Source: Archangiaceae bacterium | GTDB lineage: Bacteria > Myxococcota > Myxococcia > Myxococcales > Myxococcaceae | Length of the DNA stretch: 29,444 nt | Assembly: GCA_043750125.1 (NCBI GenBank) | Contig: JAYVCD010000354.1 | Coordinates: 1-29,444, forward strand | Direction of reading: 5' to 3' | Shown here: one piece after another, positions 19,904 through 28,216 of the stretch | Numbering within the stretch: the stretch's first letter is position 1 | Layout of the letters: each line of letters opens with the position of its first letter | The notes under the pieces: generated by a model | What the model saw: only the letters and a program-made list of their open reading frames with translations | The model's database searches: none | Told to the model about the DNA's origin: nothing | Position numbers and translations under genes: made by a program

Positions 19904-21283
19904 ATGAAGCGCTATTTCATTCACACGTTCGGCTGTCAGATGAACGTCAACGACACCCAACGAATGGGCGAAGTCCTCGCCCGGCTCGACTACCAGCGGA
20001 CCCCGGTCGCCGAGAACGCCGACCTGATCATCCTCAACACCTGCTCGATTCGCGAGAAGGCCGAGGACAAGCTGTTTTCCGCGCTCGGGCGGTACCGCCA
20101 GGTGAAGACCCAGCGCGGCACCTTCATCGGGGTCGGGGGCTGCCTGGCCCAGCAGGAAAAGGACAAGATCCTCAAGAAGGTTCCGTACGTCGATTTCGTG
20201 TTCGGCCCCGACAACATCAACAAACTGCCCGAGATCCTCCACAAGGTGACCGTGGGTCGCGCGCGGGTGGTCGAGACGGCCTGGGTCGACTCGGAAGAGT
20301 ACGTCTTCCCCCGGGCTGATCCTCTGTCTTCCGCCGGCCGCGTCACCGAGTTCGTCACGGTGATGAAGGGCTGCGACAACGTCTGCGCCTTCTGCGTCGT
20401 GCCTCACACCCGCGGTCGCGAGGTCAGCCGCGCGTTCCCGGAAGTGCTGATCGAAGTGGCGTCGCTGGCGCGTGTCGGAGTTCGCGAGGTCACGCTGATC
20501 GGCCAGAACGTCAACTCGTACCAGGGAGGCCTGGGGTTTGATCAGCTGCTGTTGCGGGTCGCGGAAGTTCCGGGCATCGAGCGGGTGCGGTTCACCACCA
20601 GCCACCCGCACGATCTGTCGGACGCGCTGATCGAAGCGTTTCGGATTCAGCCGAAGATCGCGTCCCATTTTCAGCTTCCGGTGCAGAGCGGTTCGGACTC
20701 GGTCTTGAAGCGAATGCGTCGGGACTACACCGTGAAGGAATACCTCGAACGGCTGGCGAAGCTGCGCGCGGCGCGCCCGGACATCGGCATCACCACCGAC
20801 ATCATCGTGGGCTTCCCGGGCGAGACCGAAGAGGACTTCGAGCAAACGCTCCAGCTGACCCAGGCCGTTCGCTACGACAACCAGTACAGCTTCGTCTATT
20901 CGTCGCGCCCCAAAACATCGGCGGCCTTGCGCGAGAAGGAATGGGGCGAAGTCCCCCACGAGGTGAAGGTCGAGCGCCTCGAGCGACTGCAGAAGCTGCA
21001 AAAAATCATCGCTGCCGAGATCAACGCGCTGCACCGCGATACGACGGTCGAGGTGTTGGTCGAGGGCTGCTCGAAGAACGACCCCACTCGCCGGTCGGGC
21101 CGCAACCCCCAGAACAAGGTCGTCAACTTCGAAGGTGATGCGCCGATTGGCGCGATCGTCGAAGTGCAGGTCAAAGAGACCAGCGTCGGGGCGCTGTACG
21201 GAATTCAGGGTCGGACGGTGCTGGCGCCGACGATTCAATTGGCCGAACCGCAGCAAGGACCTGAGCTTTGCGACGTCGCGTGA
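19904..21283 (+). CDS. miaB: tRNA-2-methylthio-N6-dimethylallyladenosine synthase
   Basis: TFGCQMN, NTCSIREKAE, GGCLAQ, radical SAM CDNVCAFC, GQNVNSY, TDIIVGFPGET, and a C-terminal TRAM domain. Confidence 0.97.
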   Translation: MKRYFIHTFGCQMNVNDTQRMGEVLARLDYQRTPVAENADLIILNTCSIREKAEDKLFSALGRYRQVKTQRGTFIGVGGCLAQQEKDKILKKVPYVDFVFGPDNINKLPEILHKVTVGRARVVETAWVDSEEYVFPRADPLSSAGRVTEFVTVMKGCDNVCAFCVVPHTRGREVSRAFPEVLIEVASLARVGVREVTLIGQNVNSYQGGLGFDQLLLRVAEVPGIERVRFTTSHPHDLSDALIEAFRIQPKIASHFQLPVQSGSDSVLKRMRRDYTVKEYLERLAKLRAARPDIGITTDIIVGFPGETEEDFEQTLQLTQAVRYDNQYSFVYSSRPKTSAALREKEWGEVPHEVKVERLERLQKLQKIIAAEINALHRDTTVEVLVEGCSKNDPTRRSGRNPQNKVVNFEGDAPIGAIVEVQVKETSVGALYGIQGRTVLAPTIQLAEPQQGPELCDVA

Positions 21284-21657
21284 TCGATGTCGGGCTCGCG
21301 CTCGGCTACGCGGGGCTGATCTTTTTCCTGTCTGCGCAGTCATCCTTTCCGGTTCCGAAGGGGATCTGGACCTTCGACAAGGTCCTCCACTTCACCGAGT
21401 ACGGGGTCTTTGCCTTCCTGATTTGCCGGGCCATTCGCCCTGCGGACCTGCACAGCAGCAAAGAAACGTCGGCCCTGGTGATCGCCGTCATCCTCGCGAG
21501 CCTTTACGGGGTCAGCGACGAGATTCATCAGTACTTCGTGCCGGGCCGGTCTTCGGAAGTGCTCGATGCCGTGGCGGACGCCGCTGGCTCGGTGATGGGC
21601 GCGGGTGCGTTCGTTTTTCACAGGCGCAGGGGGTCGCGGGTCAGGGGTGGTACCTAG
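21268..21657 (+). CDS. VanZ-family membrane protein
   Basis: DKVLHFTEYG, YGVSDEIHQYFVPGR and D..AD..G motifs. AAGGA lies upstream of TTG 21268. Confidence 0.9.
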   Translation: MRRRVIDVGLALGYAGLIFFLSAQSSFPVPKGIWTFDKVLHFTEYGVFAFLICRAIRPADLHSSKETSALVIAVILASLYGVSDEIHQYFVPGRSSEVLDAVADAAGSVMGAGAFVFHRRRGSRVRGGT

Positions 21658-21686
21658 AAGTTTTGCCTTCCTAACGAGGAAAACCC

Positions 21687-22025
21687 ATGTCGAAACGGTT
21701 CGCAGTAGCGCTGGCAGCAGTGGTGATTGCAGCAGTCGCGGGCGCGTCGATCACCGCCTGGGCGGGCAGCGTGAGCAAAGGCTCGTGCAGCTTCAACGGG
21801 AAGAAGCTCTACGGAAAAATCCAGATCGTCACCGCCTTCCCCGATGTGAAGGTACAGGTCGTTACCGCCTTTCCTGACGTGAAAGTGCAGAACGTCACTT
21901 CGTTTCCCGACTCGTGCGGCAAATGGCAGTTGGTGACGGCGTTCCCCGACACCAAGGTGCAGTTCGTCACCGCGTTTCCTGACGTGAAAATCCAATACGT
22001 GACCAGCTTCCCCGGCGTTCCGTGA
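21687..22025 (+). CDS. Small secreted protein with six KxQxVT(A/S)FP(D/G) repeats (possibly DUF6150 / 7(1) knot family)
   Basis: GAGGA RBS, signal peptide ending AWA, two Cys, and 11-aa repeats. Confidence 0.85.
   Translation: MSKRFAVALAAVVIAAVAGASITAWAGSVSKGSCSFNGKKLYGKIQIVTAFPDVKVQVVTAFPDVKVQNVTSFPDSCGKWQLVTAFPDTKVQFVTAFPDVKIQYVTSFPGVP
21816..22016 (+). repeat. Six ~33-bp degenerate coding tandem repeats
   Basis: Units of the form (GTG)AAR RTS CAG NNN GTN ACN (GCN/Ser) TTY CCN GAY, arranged as 3 + SCG + 3. Confidence 0.85.
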
Positions 22026-22511
22026 GCACCCGAAAAAGCCTCGGGTCGATCGTTCGATGAGTTCCTGGCTGAGGTTCCTTCCGCGCCCCTGGCCCGCATC
22101 GGTCGGCCCTGGGACAACCCGTATGGGCCGGCGACCCTGCTCGACGCAGACGGCGACGGGGTGAAGGAAACCTTGTGGGTCGAAGAGCCGTCCGGGCCGG
22201 TCGCGTTTGTCGATCTCGACCAGGACAGCAAGCTTCCCGCCAACGCCTGGGCCGACACGATTCTCGCCAGCCGGGGACTGAAGGCCGAGCTCGCGATTCG
22301 AAAAATGGGCGGTAGGGTGGCGGTATTTTACGACACCAACGCAGACGGTCGCTTCGACCGCGTTCACCTGCAGGCGCCGAAGGGGAAAATCGAGGCATTT
22401 GAAATCGCCCCTGACGACACGATGAAGAAGCTCGAAGGTGTCGTTGCGCTGATCGGTGGGGCGCAGGTGATCGCGTTCCTCTCGAGACCTCGGTGCAGGC
22501 CGTCTACCTGA
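22026..22511 (+). pseudogene. Start-less coding fragment with two DxDxDG-type loops
   Basis: The frame is open from immediately after the 22025 stop, but the first start codon is GTG 22161, inside LLDADGDG-V-KE. Second motif: YDTNADGRFD. Confidence 0.45.
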
Positions 22512-24122
22512 CCCTGGCTCAAGAGGCGTTGTTGGGGACGAAGAGTCCGGCCCGATTTCTCGAAGAGACCTGGGCGTTGTTCACCGCGGTCACGGCCCAG
22601 TTGACCGCGGACAAGCCGCTGCTGGACGAGCCGTTCATCCTCCATGTCCCGGCGCTGCAGCGGCACGTCGCGGCGCTCAAAGAAGATCATCGGCTGTTCG
22701 GTGCGGATTTCGACCAGGCCCGGCGCTACGAGGTCCTGCTGCCTGCCTCTGCGTCGCTGACCGGAGGACGACGGGCCTTGAAGTTGTTGGTGCTGAAGGT
22801 GCCGGCTGCGTCCCAGTTCAAGCTGTGGGCCCGTCGGGACGGCTACCCGATGGTCCTGGTCGAGCAGCCCGGCGGGTTGATCGTGCTGTCGGTGGATCCC
22901 ACGGCGAAGGTTCGAATCGAACAGCTGGCCGCGCTGCTGACCCAGGCTGACTCAGGGCGGGCCTGGTACGACGGCGCGCGGCACGAGGGGACGTTGATCG
23001 CCTCGTCCCAGGCAGGCACCCGGCTGAAGCTCGAAGACGTGGTCGATGTTCTCGGCAGCTGGGCCCGGGTGCGTCGAAAAGGAAGCGTCGTCTCATCGCG
23101 GGTCCGCGTGGGGGTCTTCAGCGCGGCGGGGCTGGTGCTTCTCTTCGCAGTCGTCGCGGCGTCCCGGCAGCCCCCGGTCGGCCTGGCCCCCGTCGAGCCC
23201 GAAATCACCGGAAGCCAAAGGAGACCCCATTCCCCCCGCCCAGCTGATCAGCCTGCTGGCTTCTGCCGAAGGTCCGGCGTCTTTGACTTCCTACGCGCTC
23301 GTCGCCGGGGTCTGCGGTTACACCGGCGATCGTGCGCTGAATTCTCCGTGCCGCGACGCGCGCGAAGTGCGGCACCTGCTGGTGGGAAGGCTCGGATACG
23401 CGCCCGAGAACGTGCTGTACCTGATCGACAAACCGGATCCAGACGAGAAGACCGATGGGCCGCCGACTGCCGCCAACCTTCGGCTTCAAATCGAGAAGTT
23501 CCGCACCCGCTTTTCCGCGCGTGAACAGTCGAGCTTCTTCTTTTTCTACTCAGGTCATGGCGGCTACGAGAAGGGAGCACGCAAGGACTATGGGGTGCTT
23601 CAGCCCTCGGGCTATTTCGAGAACCCCGATCTGCCGATGTCTGATCGCGGCTGGGACATGCAAGAGCTGCTCGATGGCATCCGCAAAGGGGTGCCCTGCA
23701 TGCATGTGATGGTGGTGCTCGACGCCTGCTACAGCGGGTGGGCGGTAGGCGCGAAAGGTGAGGCAACTCTTACCGAGGCGATGCACTCGCTGTGGAAAGA
23801 GCGGGCCGAGGTGGTGATCACCGCCGGAACCAAGGGGCAGCGCGCCTGGGAAGACGAGGCCGAAGCAGGCGCCTGGCAGTGGGGTGGGCATTCGGCGCTG
23901 ACCGCGTTCCTCCTCGAAGGTCTAGGCGCGTCGGGCCGCCCGAAGGCCGACACCAACGCAGACAAGGTCGTCACCGATGAAGAGCTTGCCCGGTACCTGC
24001 GGGCACACGTTCCTGGCGCGGTCCGGCAGCTGAAGAAATCGGAGCAGACCCCTCAGTTCTTCCGTTTTGATGAGGCGCTGCCCCGCAGCGGGCAGTTTCT
24101 TTTCCTCCCCAAAGAAAATTGA
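22451..24122 (+). pseudogene. Frameshifted, probably 5'-truncated gene: unknown cytoplasmic domain - TM - caspase-like (C14) peptidase
   Basis: Frame A (22493) is coding-like up to EPEITG (23212). Frame B continues AKGDPIP... from 23214 with YSGHG (His 23556) and LDACYSG (Cys 23727). One extra A at 23212/23213 separates them. Confidence 0.75.
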
Positions 24123-24191
24123 AGTTTGGGCCGGGGAGCCTTCCGTAGAACTTGACGTAACAGGCGAGGGCCCTCACGCTTCAGGCCGATA

Positions 24192-24677
24192 ATGCTGCTT
24201 TTACTGGATAGGCGGATCCTCCCGAACTGGGACACGATTCAGGCCGAGTGGGATGGCTGCCTGGCGTTCTTCGGGCAGGCAGGAATGACGTCCGATCAGG
24301 CTCACGTTCTCGCGATGGCGACCCACGAGCTGTTGGAAAACGCCGTGAAGTACGGAGAGTTCGCCGCCGATCAGGTCATCGACCTTCGACTCGAAGCTTC
24401 GGTGAGGGAAATCACCATTGAAGTGCGCAGCCCCACCCATGCCGACGGGCGGGGGCTCAAAACGCTCGACGACACCATTCAGTGGATTCGCGGTTTTCAA
24501 AACCCGTTCGAGGCCTACGTCGAGAAGCTGAAGCAGGTGGCGGCCCGGACCTACAACACCGAATTTTCGGGCCTCGGCCTGGTGCGCATCGCCTACGAAG
24601 CGCAGTGCGTGATCGATTTTTACGTGGACGACGCGGATCACGTGGCGCTCTCGGCGGTGTACAGGTTGCCGCAATGA
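24192..24677 (+). CDS. Stand-alone GHKL kinase, anti-sigma-factor/SiaB/slr1658-like
   Basis: N-box HELLENAVKYG and G-box SGLGLVRI; 161 aa; no H-box/DHp domain. Confidence 0.8.
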   Translation: MLLLLDRRILPNWDTIQAEWDGCLAFFGQAGMTSDQAHVLAMATHELLENAVKYGEFAADQVIDLRLEASVREITIEVRSPTHADGRGLKTLDDTIQWIRGFQNPFEAYVEKLKQVAARTYNTEFSGLGLVRIAYEAQCVIDFYVDDADHVALSAVYRLPQ

Positions 24678-26050
24678 CTGACGTCGAGTCGATCGTTCGG
24701 CTGCGGGGAACCCTGATTCGCAATCAGGAAGAGCTCTCGGTCGGACTCAGCCCGCTGTCGCGTCTGACACTCGCAGTGGAGTTCCCTTCCGGCACCGTGC
24801 CTGAGCCCGGCACGATCTTCGACCAGCTCAAAGTGGTGCTCCCTGATCAGGAAGTCGCTTTGACCCGCTGCCGCGTCGAGCTGGGCAAGGCCGGAACCGG
24901 CGCCCGGCTGATCTTCCTCGATGAGGTCTATGACTGCGACGCGCTGATGACCGAGGGCCGGCTCGTCAACCTCAAGGCCTTTCTCGACAAGCTGCCTTTG
25001 ATCCTCACCCAGAAGGACGACGTCTCGCACGAGTTCAAGGAATACGTCGCCGACCTGACCTTCGGGCTCTCGGTCTACGAGAAATTCTTCAACGAGCAGG
25101 ACCGCATCTATTCGGCCGAAGATCCGCTGGTGGTCGCCGCCGCGCAGGCCGCGCTGATCAAGACCCATGCGGCCACGTTCAATCGGTACTTCGACGCAGA
25201 GCTGGCGCGGCTCGATGCGCTGGTAGCCCCCCTGAATCGCGACGCCTACGAGCGATGCGGCACCTACTTTCGACGGGTGATGTGGGACTTCATCCTCGGC
25301 TCGGAATTTTTCAAACGCACCAACTTGAAGCCGCGCGGGTATGCCGGCGACGCGACGATGATGAAGATGATCTACGAGGACCGCTTCCAGGGTCGCTACG
25401 TTTTCAACCAACTGCTGCACCGCCATGGCGTTTCCGTTCCCGCCGCCCAGGCGGTTCGAAGTCGGCGCCGCCTGATTTCCGGGCTGATGCGATCGATGCC
25501 AGGCAATGCCCCGCGTCGCTTCTTCTCAGTCGCCTGCGGCCCCGCGTGGGAACTGCGAGATGTGCTGTCCACCGCGGGCGAGGCCGAGAGGTGGGAAGGC
25601 GTCCTTCTGGATCAAGATGCCGAGGCCCTTTCCGTGGCGCAGGAAGGCCTGACCCAGACTGGGGCCAAGCTTGGGTGCACGCTCAAAGTCGAGTGCGTCA
25701 ACGACTCGGTGCGAACGATGTTGCGCACGCCCGAGCTGACGACCCGGTTCGGCACGTTTGATTTCGTCTATTCGATGGGGCTGTTCGACTATCTGACCCC
25801 GCCGGTGGCCCAGGTGCTGTTGCGCAAGCTGGCGGCGCTGCTGCGCCCCGGAGGCACGCTGTTGATCGGCAACTATCACGTCGGAAACCCGACTCGGCAT
25901 TACATGGCCTTCTGGATGGACTGGGTGCTCTACCTGCGCACCGAAGAAGAGTTTCTGGGGTTGGCCCACGGCATCGCGGCAACCCGGGTGTCGATCGGGT
26001 GGGACGAGACGAGAAGCCAGATGTTCCTTCGGGTGGACAAGGCCGCTTGA
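24674..26050 (+). CDS. Class I SAM-dependent methyltransferase, PhcB-like
   Basis: KPRGYAGD, AQAVRSRR, motif I SVACGPAWE, LLDQD, FDFVYSMGLFDYL, LRPGG.L.IGN and MDW.L..R motifs. ATGA overlap with the kinase. Confidence 0.8.
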   Translation: MTDVESIVRLRGTLIRNQEELSVGLSPLSRLTLAVEFPSGTVPEPGTIFDQLKVVLPDQEVALTRCRVELGKAGTGARLIFLDEVYDCDALMTEGRLVNLKAFLDKLPLILTQKDDVSHEFKEYVADLTFGLSVYEKFFNEQDRIYSAEDPLVVAAAQAALIKTHAATFNRYFDAELARLDALVAPLNRDAYERCGTYFRRVMWDFILGSEFFKRTNLKPRGYAGDATMMKMIYEDRFQGRYVFNQLLHRHGVSVPAAQAVRSRRRLISGLMRSMPGNAPRRFFSVACGPAWELRDVLSTAGEAERWEGVLLDQDAEALSVAQEGLTQTGAKLGCTLKVECVNDSVRTMLRTPELTTRFGTFDFVYSMGLFDYLTPPVAQVLLRKLAALLRPGGTLLIGNYHVGNPTRHYMAFWMDWVLYLRTEEEFLGLAHGIAATRVSIGWDETRSQMFLRVDKAA

Positions 26051-27441
26051 CCACTCTGGTCCGTCAGGAAGCCCCGGTCGCACGGACGCGGACCCACTTC
26101 GAGATCTACCGCGACGATCTGATTCACAGCTGGCTGCGCATCCTCACCATGCTCGGCTACGCGCTGATCCCGATCTTCTTCATTCTCGACTCGGTGATGA
26201 TGCCCAACGAGCTGCTGAGCAAGTTCGCGATCTATCGCGGCCTGGCGACGGGGCTCGTGCTGCTGCAGAACCTGATGGTCCGGCGAATGAAACCCAGTCG
26301 GTTCTCATTCCTCCACGGCTACGCGTTTTCGTTCGTGGTCTCGTTGATGATCGTCCAGATGACGGTCTCGCTGGGAGGCTTCAACTCGACCTATTACGCC
26401 GGTCTCAACCTCGTGCTGGTGGCCGTCAACCTGCTGTTGCCCTGGCGCGCGCTGCACTCGGCGATCAATGGGCTGCTGGTGCTGGCGCTGTACATGGTGT
26501 GGAACTGGTATTTCGGAGGCGCCACCGAGATCAGAGATCTGGTGAACAACCTGTATTTCCTCGGCGGCACCATCGTGATTTCGGTCGCGCTTTCTCACGT
26601 GCGCTTCCAACAGATCTCGCAGGAATTCCTGCTGCGTCAGGATCTGCTCAGCGCCAATGACAGCCTCGCCACCTCGCGGGCCGAGCTGAAGGGAGCGCGC
26701 GATGCCCTCTGGGGCGAGATGGAAGTCGCTCAGCGCATTCAGACCGCCCTGCTGCCCAACAACTGTCGGTTGGGGCGGTACGAGATCGCGGCGGTGATGC
26801 AGCCGGCGGCCGAAGTGGGTGGCGACTACTACGACTTCCTTCAGACCGCGCACGGTGAAAAGTGGCTGGCGGTCGGTGATGTCTCGGGGCACGGGGTCGA
26901 GTCGGGGCTGGTGATGATGATGACCCAGACGGCGATCGCCACCCTGGTGGGGGAAGCGCCCGGCCGGGCCCCCTCGACTGTCTTTTCCGACGTGAATCGC
27001 ACGCTGATGACGAACATCGCCCGACTGGGCACCACGCGCTTCATGACGCTGAGCATCGTGCGGTTGAACGAAGCCAGCCTCACGCTCGCCGGCAAACACC
27101 AGGACCTGTTGATCTGGCGCGCGGCGGAAAAACGCGTCGAGACCGTGACCTACGAAGGCTGTTGGATCGGAGTGGTGAGCGAAACGCTGGGCCGGTCGAT
27201 GGACGTAGAAGTGCCGCTGGCGAACGGGGACGTGGTGCTCTTCTTCACCGACGGGGTGACCGAAGCCTCGAACGCCGAGGGAAAGATGTTCGGCCAGGAC
27301 AAGCTCGCAGCGGGCTTTGCAGAGGTGGCCCAGTTGCCGCCGGCCGAGGCGCTGCAGCGGCTGGTGCAGATGGTCAACGGCTGGCAAAAGCGCCAAGAGG
27401 ACGACGTGACGCTGGTGCTGTTGCGCTTCGGGCCGGGCTGA
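26047..27441 (+). CDS. 6-TM sensor - coiled coil - PP2C/SpoIIE (RsbU/SiaA-like) phosphatase
   Basis: EVGGDYYD, GDVSGHG, FTDGVTEA and EDDVTL motifs; six N-terminal hydrophobic helices including GGFNSTYYAGLNL. TTGA overlap with the methyltransferase. Confidence 0.92.
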   Translation: MTTLVRQEAPVARTRTHFEIYRDDLIHSWLRILTMLGYALIPIFFILDSVMMPNELLSKFAIYRGLATGLVLLQNLMVRRMKPSRFSFLHGYAFSFVVSLMIVQMTVSLGGFNSTYYAGLNLVLVAVNLLLPWRALHSAINGLLVLALYMVWNWYFGGATEIRDLVNNLYFLGGTIVISVALSHVRFQQISQEFLLRQDLLSANDSLATSRAELKGARDALWGEMEVAQRIQTALLPNNCRLGRYEIAAVMQPAAEVGGDYYDFLQTAHGEKWLAVGDVSGHGVESGLVMMMTQTAIATLVGEAPGRAPSTVFSDVNRTLMTNIARLGTTRFMTLSIVRLNEASLTLAGKHQDLLIWRAAEKRVETVTYEGCWIGVVSETLGRSMDVEVPLANGDVVLFFTDGVTEASNAEGKMFGQDKLAAGFAEVAQLPPAEALQRLVQMVNGWQKRQEDDVTLVLLRFGPG

Positions 27442-27450
27442 CCCGCCTCT

Positions 27451-27834
27451 TCAGCTGGACTGAAACGTCACCATTCCCGCATCGAGTGCGTCGAAGGGCT
27501 TGAGCGCCCGCTTGAGCGCGTCGAACGACAAGGTCTGCCAGTGTTGGGTCGCGTCGTAGAAGACGGCGAGGCGCACCTTCTTCGACTGGGCCTGATTGAT
27601 GATCTGAATCAGCGCCGAAATGGTCGAGGAGTTGAAGTGCTCGAGCTTTTCGAAGTGGACCTCGATTCGGCCATTTCGCTCGACGGCGCGCTTGAGCAGG
27701 TCGGCGAAGTAGGGGACCAGTTGTTTTCCGGGTTCACGGCTGGTGCTGCGTCCGTGCAGCTCGACAATCAGCGCCGATGGATCTGAGTCCCGAAGCGTGA
27801 GTCGCAATTCGTCGAAGGTGGCTTCAGTCGTCAT
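27451..27834 (-). CDS. STAS-like anti-anti-sigma / SiaC-like phospho-acceptor protein
   Basis: L.GRS..REP...L.PYF and F.KLEHFNSSTI (cf. SpoIIAA FMDSSG, SiaC Y.NTSS); 127 aa; AGGA RBS. Confidence 0.78.
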   Translation of the reverse strand: MTTEATFDELRLTLRDSDPSALIVELHGRSTSREPGKQLVPYFADLLKRAVERNGRIEVHFEKLEHFNSSTISALIQIINQAQSKKVRLAVFYDATQHWQTLSFDALKRALKPFDALDAGMVTFQSS

Positions 27835-27876
27835 GGGCCGGACATCCTATCGTTCGCTGCGGGGGTGACGAGATTT

Positions 27877-28182
27877 TCACTGGCGGCGGCGCCACGACAA
27901 CAGCTTCCCGCCCACCCCGGTTCCGAAAACGACGACGGTGAAGATCGCGGTGTAGGCAAGAAACACCTTCCACCCCCCCCGTACTCCCGGGCCAGCCAAC
28001 CCCCGGGTCCATCTCGTTGAACTGCGCTCCCGAGAAGAACCCGCAGACGATGGTCCATTCCTTCGAAATGTTCCTTTCGGTACTCGTCGATTTCCGTCGT
28101 CTGGCTGCGCAGCGCTTCGACCGCCTGTTCCATCTGGTACATCAAAGAGGGAATCGATCGCTTTCTGCACGCCGGGGTCCAT
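27877..28182 (-). pseudogene. Probable degraded small membrane-protein gene
   Basis: Protein-like segments are spread across three frames: MDPGVQKAIDSL / MYQMEQAVEALRSQTTEIDEY / EWTIVCGFFSGAQFNEM / WKVFLAYTAIFTVVVFG...WRRRQ. Confidence 0.35.
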
Positions 28183-28216
28183 TGGAGGCGGCGCAGCATA
28201 GGGGGAGAAGGCGCGC

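Noticed and set aside
21268-21657. Glycopeptide-resistance locus
   Set aside because: Stand-alone VanZ-family genes are widespread and no other van genes are present.
21816-22016. ~33-bp periodic repeats as a CRISPR array
   Set aside because: There are no unique spacers, variation falls largely at synonymous positions, the repeats are in frame within a signal-peptide ORF, and no cas genes are present.
22023-22060. Selenocysteine codon with SECIS
   Set aside because: Hairpin spacing and loop do not resemble a bacterial SECIS, and the context is not a redox Cys-equivalent position.
23046-23213. Independent start for the caspase ORF at 23046
   Set aside because: This part is an off-frame read of the TM-encoding frame A; coding-like codons in frame B begin only at 23214.
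24152-24193. Sigma70 promoter for the kinase-methyltransferase operon
   Set aside because: TTGACG (24152) and GATAAT (24188) are 30 nt apart, too far for a -35/-10 pair.
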